64,000 nucleotides of DNA from Trichomonas gallinae (taxonomy: Eukaryota), in NCBI GenBank assembly GCA_008369845.1, contig MRSU01003251.1, positions 1 to 64,000 on the forward strand, in the 5' to 3' direction. This document shows, piece after piece, positions 10,135 to 19,863 of the stretch (position 1 is the first letter of the stretch; the number at the start of each line of letters is the position of its first letter). The notes below the pieces were generated by a model that was not told where the DNA came from, searched no databases, and saw only the letters and a program-made list of their open reading frames with translations. A program made the translations under genes and the position numbers.

Positions 10135-10228
10135 AATTTTTGAAATTAAAAACTAAGTTTTTAACAAAAGTTGTATATTTAGATTTAGATAAGAATCAAC
10201 AAAAAATAAATAAAAATAAGCGAATATC

Positions 10229-11089
10229 TTATACGTGATTATTATTATTATCTGTCTTTGCGCGAGATTTGTTGAGGGCTTCGACGACTTTGACTGCGAT
10301 GCTCTTCTTGATGTCTTCCTCCATGTTTCCGCCGACGTCTGTTCCTCTGTAATATTTCCAGATTCCGAGAACAAGGTTGAAATGGTTTGCGCATGAAAGA
10401 GCTAAGCCAGCTGTTGTCAAAACACCGAGAATTCCAACAAACCAGTGTCCATTTAAGAATAAATTCAACATTGTAATTAATCCAACACTTCCGCTGCTGT
10501 CGAGGCCAATTGAAAGGATGGCTTCGAATAACGTGACTCCACCTAAGCAAATGAAGACTTTAAGATAAGCGAATGTCGATGGTTCAACTTTCATTACTCT
10601 GTAAACTGCGAGAGCGGCAAGATCTAAGGCGAGAGGGAGGATGACTATAACATATAATGTAGATAAAACAATTTTTGTGCCTGGAGAGTTGACTGCTTCG
10701 CCTGCTTGAAGCAAGCAAAGGCAGCTGAGCCAGTTGATGCCGAAAGCGACACACATTAAGCACCAGCCGAACATAGCCTGGTTAACGAACGAGTGTAAGA
10801 GCGGTGGAACTTCGTCTATATCGAAATGAACGAGTGGATAAAATGCAGGCCAATTTGGAGGATTTTCGACATACCCTGTCTCTTGGGCGACTGCCAGCTG
10901 TGTGACTTGAGCGTTGATTCGTGATTCGAGGATATTTAAGCGCTTTTCGTATTCTCTAATAGCGATATCGTCCTCATCTTCCTGCATATTTGAAGCAACA
11001 GGCGACGGTACTGAATTCACGCGAGGTGGAGGAGGTGTGTCAGGGACATCATCGAATGGTGAATAATTATCTAATGGATTATCACCCAT
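10229..11089 (-). CDS. SCAMP family secretory carrier membrane protein
   Basis: Pro-rich N-terminus, coiled coil (REYEKRL), hallmark NWPAFYPLVHFDIDEVP, four hydrophobic segments. AAAAGTGACAA directly before the ATG. Confidence 0.88.
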   Translation of the reverse strand: MGDNPLDNYSPFDDVPDTPPPPRVNSVPSPVASNMQEDEDDIAIREYEKRLNILESRINAQVTQLAVAQETGYVENPPNWPAFYPLVHFDIDEVPPLLHSFVNQAMFGWCLMCVAFGINWLSCLCLLQAGEAVNSPGTKIVLSTLYVIVILPLALDLAALAVYRVMKVEPSTFAYLKVFICLGGVTLFEAILSIGLDSSGSVGLITMLNLFLNGHWFVGILGVLTTAGLALSCANHFNLVLGIWKYYRGTDVGGNMEEDIKKSIAVKVVEALNKSRAKTDNNNNHV

Positions 11090-12113
11090 TTGTCACTTTT
11101 ATTATAATTTTTTCAGAACGATAATTTTTTTTCTTCCTTATGAATGATTTCTAGTTTTTGTGTCTTTTTATTGCTACACTAGCTTTTGGAACTTGGAAAA
11201 CACAAATACACAAAAAAATGAAAAATTTCAAAATCAACAACATGTTTATAGAGTCCAACTATATTATATCAATAATATATATCATGTGTATATAATGATT
11301 TTATTATTAAATGTTGATAATCACGAATTTTAAAAATATTTATAAAAAGCAGAATGAATGTCATGGGGCATGTAATAGATGAGAAACCATTTACTCTGAA
11401 GAGAAGAAGCAAACATTTGAAAAAAATCATGTAAAACTCGGCTTCATCAACGCGATAATAATCCGGGTAATTCTGCAGTTTGCAAGATGATTAAACGAGT
11501 ATTCAGCAAATTTAAAGTTCAGTTGCATTGTAACATTATTTGCCATCTCGCAAAAACAGCTCAGTTGCATTTGCAAAAACAAAAGCATATGCACATGAAA
11601 TCCTTATGTATTTGACTTTGAAATTGTATATAGAATTTCGTATGCATATGTAATCCTATATGTATATAGAACGTATATGGAGGCACTTAGAAAATAATAT
11701 TTCTATTTTTGTTTTGTAAACTAATTTACTTGTCAAAAAGTATAAAATTGATTTTCATATAAAATATAATCTATTGAAGTTTGTTTGTGTCAGAATTTGA
11801 TTATTGTGCGTGTGTAGTATAGATTATTGTTGGTAATTTTGCAAATGGGTTAAATTTTTTTCCAATAACAAAATTTACCATTTTTTAGACAAGTTCATTG
11901 TTTCGTCTAATGCATTTTCACGTAATTGGCTTTAATTCGAATGGATGATGGTTAATTCGGTATCTTTAACAGATATATTTGTAATTTGATGAAGGATAAG
12001 ATTTATTTTGTTTTTTGTTGGTCATAGATCACCAAAAGGCCAGCAAATATGTTTTTGATCATTTCAAAGTATCTTAATAGTATTTAATATATTTAAAATA
12101 TATACAAAAACGC

Positions 12114-13295
12114 TTAATGATTATGCAACATATGTAACAAATCTTCTTGGACATTCTGATGCGCGATCGCTTCTGCGAGTTCGAATTTCTGAATGCTATG
12201 AGCATTACTGTATGGCTGTCCAAGGAAGGCAACGATTCTCCTCTTAACACGATCATAAACTGTGCCAAATGACTGGAACTTAGGGATCATGAAGAGTCCC
12301 TGAGACGTAATAACGCCGTCGTCGTAGGAAGTAGTATCTCCGTCCGGACAGATGTGCAAAATCGCCCACTTTCTTGCCGGAATGTTGAATATATACATGA
12401 GAGAGCCAGAATATTCTGATGTGCCGCCGTAGTATACGAGATAATTCTCGATAAGAACCATTCCACTTCCCAAACCAGTAGAAGGCGGACTTGGACCGGA
12501 TGTTTGAACGATCTTAACCTCGTTTGTTTCTGTTTCGATGACTAAGATGCCACCTGCCTTCGAGCAGCCGTATGAATAAATCTGCGTGCCATAAACAACC
12601 GAAGGAACGTTTGTGCGTCCCTGGATTTCTGTTGGTATGATTGTCCACTTGAGTGACGCGAGTTCGAAAATGCACAATTCGTTCACCCATTTGCCATCAA
12701 AACCTCCGAAGCAATAAATTTTGCTACCAACAATGTTGAATATGGGGCTTGATCTGCCTGTAGGTAAATCTCCTTCAATCTGTGCGATTTTTACCTCGCC
12801 TGTGGCTAGATTCACGTAATACATATCGTTTAAGTACTGGGAACCTGAATATCCGCCAAATACGACAAGAATATTGTTGTATATGACTGCCTTGGATCCA
12901 GATCTCGCGATAAGCTGATCACCTGTTAAATTTATTGCTTCCCATTCCAATGTATTTAAATTTAGCTTCCATAGATCGAATAAGATGTCGCCTGAATCAG
13001 CAATACCATTTCCGATATAAACAACGCGTTTCTCCTCGTCCATGACGTAGAAATGACCTGTTCGTGGCTCTGGAGTTATTTTCTTCGGATACCACGTCGA
13101 CCAAATACAAGGGTACGGCGCTTTGTATATATTTTGCGTGAAGGAAGCCTGTGATTTTTGGTAATCAGCATCGATTTCGTAATCAAAGCCTCTCTCAGGA
13201 ATGAACCTTCCGCCACCGATTTGGTTGTAGATATCCTTGCTGTATGGACGAATGCACGTCGTCATGTCAAGTTGACTGCTCTCTTCATTACCCAT
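12114..13295 (-). CDS. Kelch-repeat beta-propeller protein, probably N-myristoylated
   Basis: Repeated VFGG/CFGG/YYGG..(N/D)L..W Kelch motifs. Likely start is MGNEESS at ATG 13295; the track's upstream extension is AT-rich and UTR-like. Confidence 0.88.
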   Translation of the reverse strand: MGNEESSQLDMTTCIRPYSKDIYNQIGGGRFIPERGFDYEIDADYQKSQASFTQNIYKAPYPCIWSTWYPKKITPEPRTGHFYVMDEEKRVVYIGNGIADSGDILFDLWKLNLNTLEWEAINLTGDQLIARSGSKAVIYNNILVVFGGYSGSQYLNDMYYVNLATGEVKIAQIEGDLPTGRSSPIFNIVGSKIYCFGGFDGKWVNELCIFELASLKWTIIPTEIQGRTNVPSVVYGTQIYSYGCSKAGGILVIETETNEVKIVQTSGPSPPSTGLGSGMVLIENYLVYYGGTSEYSGSLMYIFNIPARKWAILHICPDGDTTSYDDGVITSQGLFMIPKFQSFGTVYDRVKRRIVAFLGQPYSNAHSIQKFELAEAIAHQNVQEDLLHMLHNH

Positions 13296-14504
13296 TATAA
13301 AAATATTAGAGTTTGTAAATTTTTCAATTCTCTTTTCTATGAGTTCCCTCAAAAATAAAAAATCCGTAAATATAATCTTCTTTACATATATATAATATGT
13401 TGTAAAATTTTCAGCAAAGTTTTCTATAAGCTCATTCAAATTATTGTTCTTTTTAAAGATGGTATATAATAAGATTATCAACCAAAAGTTTTCTCCGGCT
13501 TTTTCTATGTGGTCCATCAAATAACGCTTCAAATAATGAATTGGCCAATTAATTTAGTTGACTCAAATATAAACTTTATTTGTTTTTTATTTTTACATTT
13601 TTTGAAAAATTGTGAAGATAAAAACATATCACTTCTAGACAATCAACGAAACTTCAAAATTTCCAGTAATTAGATTATGATAAAGGTACAATAACACTTT
13701 CCATTTTTTCATAAAAGTGTACATTCAATTTTATACCACATCAACGAATATAATCTAATGACATTATGAATCTTTTCTATCTATAAAATTTTTTGCCATT
13801 TTTCCCTGATTTTAATTTGATTATGGATAGTATTTTAGATATGTATCCATTGTGTATTCGTTTTATTTGGTAAAATTCGCTTTTTGTATTTTAATGATGT
13901 TGTATTTATTGTTATCATTAGGATTCAAATATATGGATAAAAAAAAAGTTATCAACTTCGTCTATTCAATTTTTAAAAATTTTTAACAGGACGAACTTCA
14001 CTCTTCCGTCAAGATTATAACAACATATTACATGACTAATCCAAATTTGGGTTCACTCCCTAAATAATTTTAAATATTATTCGATATTATTGAAAAAAAG
14101 TTCATTATTCGCTGTGATTATATCATAGTTTAGTGTAAATGAGTGATAGCTAGATGAAAAACATCGAGTATGTATTTACAAAATAAACAAACATTTATAA
14201 CAAAAATAATATATGCAAGACCTAATCAAGGTATTTCATGTGAAATAAGCATCAAAGGATCTAACAATAAAACAATGATACGAGTCATAACTAATGTGAA
14301 TGATTAACTGTAGACTTGATCTAAAATTGCAAATGAATGGTTTGATTGTTTTTTCTTTCATCTATCGACACTCATCTGATTTGCGTGGCGAGAATTGCTC
14401 ACTTAACTCCGGTACAATTATCTAGTTACGTTAGTGATAAGGTGATTAATTTATCTTGTGCAAATGTTATCGACTACTATAGTCATACCTATTTCAAGTA
14501 TTAT

Positions 14505-15020
14505 TCAAAAAAAAAGTCCAATTAGTTCTGGATCTGGTGCAGAAGGTGTAGGAGATGGCGGTAAAGGCTGGAAAGATAGTGGGCTTATATATACTGGATT
14601 TATATCAACAACATTTCCATCCTTATCATGACGTATGTTTCTTTCTGCATATTTCTTTTCTTGTTTTTCGAGGTATGAAATGTATTTTCTTGTCTTATCA
14701 ATATCTAGTGCTGACTCTGCTTTGAATTTCGGTTTCGGTTTTGCGATTCGCTTAACAACACCTGGTCTTTTCGGTAGAGCAGGTTGTGTATCTACGAAAG
14801 TTCTTATGCATGCTTCGGATTTGTTTGTTGATAAAACGTTATTTATTTTAGAATGCGGAGGTTGTTGATTGAACACTGATTGGCAATTAAATGCATCGCC
14901 AAAGAAAGGATCTTCTTCAACGAAAGTAGGCACGCTATCCCTTCTACGCTTGATTACAGGCTGTACTTTATGGTGACGGGCTTGTGGAGGGAAATCTGGC
15001 TTGAATAACAAATGCGACAT
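14505..15020 (-). CDS. Hypothetical basic/Pro-rich protein
   Basis: 171-aa ATG-started ORF with coding-like GC content; no recognisable domain. Confidence 0.7.
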   Translation of the reverse strand: MSHLLFKPDFPPQARHHKVQPVIKRRRDSVPTFVEEDPFFGDAFNCQSVFNQQPPHSKINNVLSTNKSEACIRTFVDTQPALPKRPGVVKRIAKPKPKFKAESALDIDKTRKYISYLEKQEKKYAERNIRHDKDGNVVDINPVYISPLSFQPLPPSPTPSAPDPELIGLFF

Positions 15021-15876
15021 CTATTTTTTTTGAAAAAATTTCTATCGTTGCACAAAATTATTTTAAGATATTTTGTATTTCGTTTAATTATCATTTCTCG
15101 TAAAATAACGTAAATAAATTATTCGTTATTTTCTCTCAAATTTTGTGTTGATTTTTTCGTATTACTTTGCTTCTTACATCCACAAAATAAAAATAAATCG
15201 AAAATCGACTCATTGTTTTCACTTTTTGATAAGTTTTGTCATGTAAAATTCTCAATCTAAAATTTTGTCATGTTAACTTTTCATAATGTCAAGAAAACTC
15301 CAACGGCCTCTGTTAAATGTCTTAACCAAAAGCAAAAAAGCAATGTCAACAACAAGAAAACAAAAAACTTTCTTTATCTCCATATTTAAAACAAAATCCA
15401 CGGCAAAAATGATCAATTTATACAAAAATATTTTTATGCAAAGTCAAAATGACTTGATATGCACCTCAATTAAATATATATGATATATATTAAAAAATTT
15501 ATTAATAATTATGCCTGATTCCATCATGAGACTTATACAAGTGTTGAAATCATCCTACTCTTCAATATTAGAGTGAATTGTAACTTCATTAATACCTCTT
15601 AAAAACTAGAAATTTAATAATGGAAATCTTATTTAACTGGTATTTTGTTACTCTGCTTTTTGGCAATTTTGTTAAAATAAACATATGAATGAAATATATA
15701 ATCCTATATGATAAATAATGAGTCTTTATTTGCATTTGTATATTTTGATTATGTTATTAACTAACAAGTATCTGTATTTCAATAGATATGAAATGAAGAT
15801 ATATTTTGTCATGTAAAATGTCGGATGTCAAATATTTTGATCGCAAAATTTTGTGAAGTGACCAATTTTTTCTAAG

Positions 15877-18375
15877 ATGTCTTTCCGTCTTTCTCAGGCT
15901 TACGTTCCTACTGATTACGAGCTTCACATCAAGACAGACATTAAGAGCAAGGTCTTTGATGGCGAAGTCAAGATTACTTTCAAGAAAAATCAAGCAGATG
16001 CAAAAATCGCAGATCTTCATGCAGACAAATCATTGCAAATCAAGAGCATCACACAGAATGGTACTGATCTCCCATTCGAGCACAAGAACTGCCGCTTAAA
16101 CATCACAGGCGACAAACTTGAAGAAAATCCAGTCGTAATCAAATACGTCGGCTCCCTTGACCAGCCAAATACTGGTTTCTACTACATCAACGACACAACA
16201 GCATGCACACAACTCGAATCAACACACGCACGCGAAGTTTTACCATGTTTCGACGAGCCATGCAACAAGACAACATTCAAATTCTCTCTCACGGCTCCAG
16301 CTGAGCTCAAGCAGTTCTCAAACACTCCAGTTGAGTCATCAGAAGTCAATGGCGAGTGGAAAACATGCCATTTCATGAAGACCCCAGTTATGTGCTCATA
16401 TCTCTTCGCCATAGCTGTCGGACACTTTGTCACAGTCGAGGGAACAACAAAACGCGGACTTCCAGTCATTATCGGTGCAACTCCGGATAAGCGCATTTTC
16501 ATGGATTCCGCACTCGATGAATGCATCAAGTATGTTGAGTGGTATGAGGACTTCACACACGTAAACTTCCCACTGCCAAGCCTCCAAGTTGTCGCTGTGC
16601 CAGACTTTATCATGGGCGCCATGGAGAATTTCGGTCTTATTCTTGCAAGAGAGTCATGCTCCATTGGTCATCCGAAGTTAACACCGAAATCAGGCTACAT
16701 TCGTGCAATGGAAGTTAATTGCCACGAAATCGCTCACCAATGGGCCGGCGACTGCGTCTCTCCAAAGTGGTGGGACAGCATCTGGCTCAATGAAGGCTTC
16801 GCTACAATCTTCCCATCAATTATCTTCCAGGATCTCCATCCAGAGTGGGATTACTGGGGCAACTTCTTCCTCACAGACAACACATACGCGTACGAAGTCG
16901 ATCAGTCCATGACAACACACCCAATTCAGACAACATGCAACTCTGAAGCTGAAATCGAAGGTTCCTTCGATGATGTCGAATATTCCAAGGCTGGCGTCTT
17001 CATCAAGATGCTAATGTATCATCTTGGCCGCGACAAGTTCCGCGATTGCCTCAGAGTTTACTACAACAAATTCTTGTATTCTAACGCAGACACAAACGAC
17101 ATCACAGCAGTTTTCTCTGATGTTCTTAAGACAGACATGAAGCCATTCTTCGACTGCTGGACACTCCAGGCCGGTTTCCCACTCATCACTCTTGGCGATG
17201 ACGACATTCTCGAGCAGAAGAGGTTCACAATCAACGGCCTCAAGGAAGGACAGAAGTGGATCGTTCCACTCTTCATCACAGTCGGCAGAAAGGACGGAAC
17301 AACAGATATTGTCAAGATAGTCATGACAGAAGAGAAGATGAAGCTCGAAATCGAAGGTGAATACGAGTGGCTCAAGCTCAACACAAACCTCCGCTCATTC
17401 TGCAGAACATTGCTCAAAGGCAAGCACGAGAAGAACCTCATCAACGCTATCAAGGCAGGAAAGGTCTCCTCCTATGACATGTTCTCAGCTCTGACAGACA
17501 TCAGCGCATGTGCCAAGGCTGGTGTCGTCTCATACAGAGATGTTGTCGAACTTCTCAAGGCCTACGAACATATTAAGGAGCCACTTCCTTTGATCGAGTC
17601 TTGCAATGTTCTCGCTAGCATCCATAAGAACTTCCCAGCTCTCCACGACAAGATCATCCCTTACGCAAGGAGGTTCTTGGAAGGCGCACTCAAAGTCATC
17701 GGCTCCGAGGGCTCAGAGAACGATTCTCTCTTATCTACAATCCTCCGCGCGAGACTTTTGTCAGACCTCGCCTTCTTGTACAAGTCAGATGTCGCCAAGG
17801 ACCTCGGTGTCAAGCTCTACAACAGTTACAAGGCTCGTGGTGATTTCTCGCTCCCAGATGGCTTCAACATCGACCAGTTGATGTTCGCACTCAAGTGCGG
17901 CAACTTGTTTGTCGACGGCGGCTATGAGTTCAACAAGGAGGCAATCCTGAAGGCAACAAACCCAGATGTCCAGAGATTCTCCGTCGCTGCTCAGTCTTAT
18001 GTTAAGGATGAGCTCATGGACGAGATGTTCATGACGATCTTGAAGGCAAAGAAGCAGGATATGCACATCATCTTCAGAAACGCTTGCACAGCTCCAACAG
18101 TTGGAAAGCACGCATGGAACTTCTTCAAGAACAATGCTGGCTTCTTCATCAAGCTCTTCGCAACAACATCATTCATCCTCCCGTCAATGGTTGAAGCAGT
18201 CATGGAGACAGCAGAGACAGAGGCCGAGCTCAAGGAGATGGAAGAATACTTCGAGAAGAACCCAATCGAGATCTGCATCCCAACAGTCAAGAAGTTCTCA
18301 GACGACTTGCACCAGAAGTTCGCCACACAGAGCAAGTTTGCTGCTGAAGTTGCTGCTGCCATTGATTCTGCGTAA
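15877..18375 (+). CDS. M1 family zinc aminopeptidase (puromycin-sensitive/aminopeptidase N-like)
   Basis: GAMEN exopeptidase motif, HEIAH-x18-E (WLNEGF) zinc motif, YSKA catalytic Tyr, AREVLPCFDEP; strong C-ending codon bias. Confidence 0.96.
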   Translation: MSFRLSQAYVPTDYELHIKTDIKSKVFDGEVKITFKKNQADAKIADLHADKSLQIKSITQNGTDLPFEHKNCRLNITGDKLEENPVVIKYVGSLDQPNTGFYYINDTTACTQLESTHAREVLPCFDEPCNKTTFKFSLTAPAELKQFSNTPVESSEVNGEWKTCHFMKTPVMCSYLFAIAVGHFVTVEGTTKRGLPVIIGATPDKRIFMDSALDECIKYVEWYEDFTHVNFPLPSLQVVAVPDFIMGAMENFGLILARESCSIGHPKLTPKSGYIRAMEVNCHEIAHQWAGDCVSPKWWDSIWLNEGFATIFPSIIFQDLHPEWDYWGNFFLTDNTYAYEVDQSMTTHPIQTTCNSEAEIEGSFDDVEYSKAGVFIKMLMYHLGRDKFRDCLRVYYNKFLYSNADTNDITAVFSDVLKTDMKPFFDCWTLQAGFPLITLGDDDILEQKRFTINGLKEGQKWIVPLFITVGRKDGTTDIVKIVMTEEKMKLEIEGEYEWLKLNTNLRSFCRTLLKGKHEKNLINAIKAGKVSSYDMFSALTDISACAKAGVVSYRDVVELLKAYEHIKEPLPLIESCNVLASIHKNFPALHDKIIPYARRFLEGALKVIGSEGSENDSLLSTILRARLLSDLAFLYKSDVAKDLGVKLYNSYKARGDFSLPDGFNIDQLMFALKCGNLFVDGGYEFNKEAILKATNPDVQRFSVAAQSYVKDELMDEMFMTILKAKKQDMHIIFRNACTAPTVGKHAWNFFKNNAGFFIKLFATTSFILPSMVEAVMETAETEAELKEMEEYFEKNPIEICIPTVKKFSDDLHQKFATQSKFAAEVAAAIDSA

Positions 18376-18581
18376 TTTTCTATTTTTATAAAACTGCTTT
18401 TTTAAATTATATATATATCAAGAGGTTTGCATTTCTTCATATTTTATTAATATTTTTTAAGATGAGTAAGTTTTTACATATTACTTGATTATCTATAATT
18501 TTTTACATATTGATCTTTATATTTTGATTAATTAATTCATTCTCATAAAAAGATAAAAGATAAATTTAGATATAATGATTT

Positions 18582-19217
18582 TTAGACTTGCTCTTCTGCA
18601 AAATCTGTTTCGGTGAAATCAAATGATCCATAAGGCGTCTCAATCTCTGTTGATGCATTATTTTCTATAACTTCATCATTTATTCCTGCATCCTGCTGAT
18701 TTGGATTTGGACTTTGATTTTGGTTTCGATTTTCATTAACTGTTTCTTGATCAGAATGCGAAGATTCATTAAGGTTTCTAATCTGTCGTATACAATTATA
18801 GATGAATACACAAATATTAAATAATAGTATAACTATGAAGACTACTAAAAGCAAAGATATATTGAAGTATCCAACTAGAAACATTAATATATTCAACTCG
18901 TCTTCATAAATAATTCCCATTGAAAAATTATAGATTTGATAAATTTTTTCGAAAGTAAATAGTGACCAATGAAATATTAGTTTTGTTTTCATATCTTTGG
19001 TGAAAACTCCACCAAAAGTCAATATCATTGAAACAATAAAAATAATCGCATTAATTATGATCGAAATTATATCAATTTTGAAATTTGGACTATTTTCATT
19101 CATATTAATAAGAGAAATAAACAATGCAAAGAGTCTCATTGGATTAAAGCCGTAAATCCAATGCACCTGCATGTGGAAATTGAGAAATATATTAGGATAG
19201 TTTGGTATGGAATCCAT
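18582..19217 (-). CDS. Hypothetical multi-pass membrane protein
   Basis: 211-aa ORF with 3-4 hydrophobic segments and an N/Q/E-rich cytosolic tail. Confidence 0.6.
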   Translation of the reverse strand: MDSIPNYPNIFLNFHMQVHWIYGFNPMRLFALFISLINMNENSPNFKIDIISIIINAIIFIVSMILTFGGVFTKDMKTKLIFHWSLFTFEKIYQIYNFSMGIIYEDELNILMFLVGYFNISLLLVVFIVILLFNICVFIYNCIRQIRNLNESSHSDQETVNENRNQNQSPNPNQQDAGINDEVIENNASTEIETPYGSFDFTETDFAEEQV

Positions 19218-19616
19218 TGCAGCTAGAAAAAATAATCATTCCTAAGTTAAATTCTTTTTATTATAAATGTTTTATATTCCTTTATTAATATCAATTATGA
19301 CTTTCATATTAAAACAAAGATTCCTAAGTTTGCTTTCAAAAATAATTTGAAATTAGGAATCTATAGAAAAATAAAATTCTTGATTCATTCAAATTTGAAT
19401 TACAATCACCTCTTTTTCTGATTTTTTTTTAGCAAATTTTTATCCAATTTATTTATTCAAAAAAAAATTAATAAAGAAAGAATTATTTATTCAAATGTCG
19501 CATATCCATTGCAGTATAACGAATGAGCACAGCTTCATATACATTTTTTTGTTTTGCTATGCTATTTAGATTTTTGGTAACCAAACCTTTAAATGAGTAT
19601 CTCAAAATATAATTTG

Positions 19617-19800
19617 CATATTGATCTTTATATTTTGATTAAATAATTCATTCTCATAAATAAGATAAAAGATAAATTTAGATATAATGATTTTTAGACT
19701 TGCTCTCCTACAAAATCTGTTTCGGTGAAATCAAATGATCCATAAGGCGTCTCAATCTCTGTTGATTCATTAAATTCTGTGACTTCATTATTTATTCCTG
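19617..19800 (-). repeat. ~183-bp direct duplicate of 18506-18688 (3' end and 3' flank of the 18582-19217 gene)
   Basis: catattgatctttatattttgatta...aaaatctgtttcggtgaaatcaaatgatccataaggcgtctcaatctctgttgat...tttattcctg occurs at both loci with a few substitutions. Confidence 0.95.
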
Positions 19801-19863
19801 AAATTTCAGCAACAAAAATTATTGAAATAAATATATTTTTTTAAATAAACAAACATATAAAAA

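Noticed and set aside
11360..11620. Moderately GC-rich intergenic patch with short minus-strand frames
   Set aside because: No long ORF or clear domain; at most a decayed gene remnant, too weak to call.
13296..13532. N-terminal extension of the Kelch ORF from a TTG start (similarly the non-ATG starts at 2924, 3677, 5479, 29081, 45636 and 55016)
   Set aside because: Alternative starts come from a bacterial-style ORF caller. The extensions are UTR/promoter-like, and better ATGs lie just downstream.
16157..18391. Many overlapping and antisense ORFs within the aminopeptidase (likewise inside the SCAMP, kinesin, CHD, TRAP-like and phosphatase genes)
   Set aside because: Expected by-products of strong codon bias; no recognisable domains.
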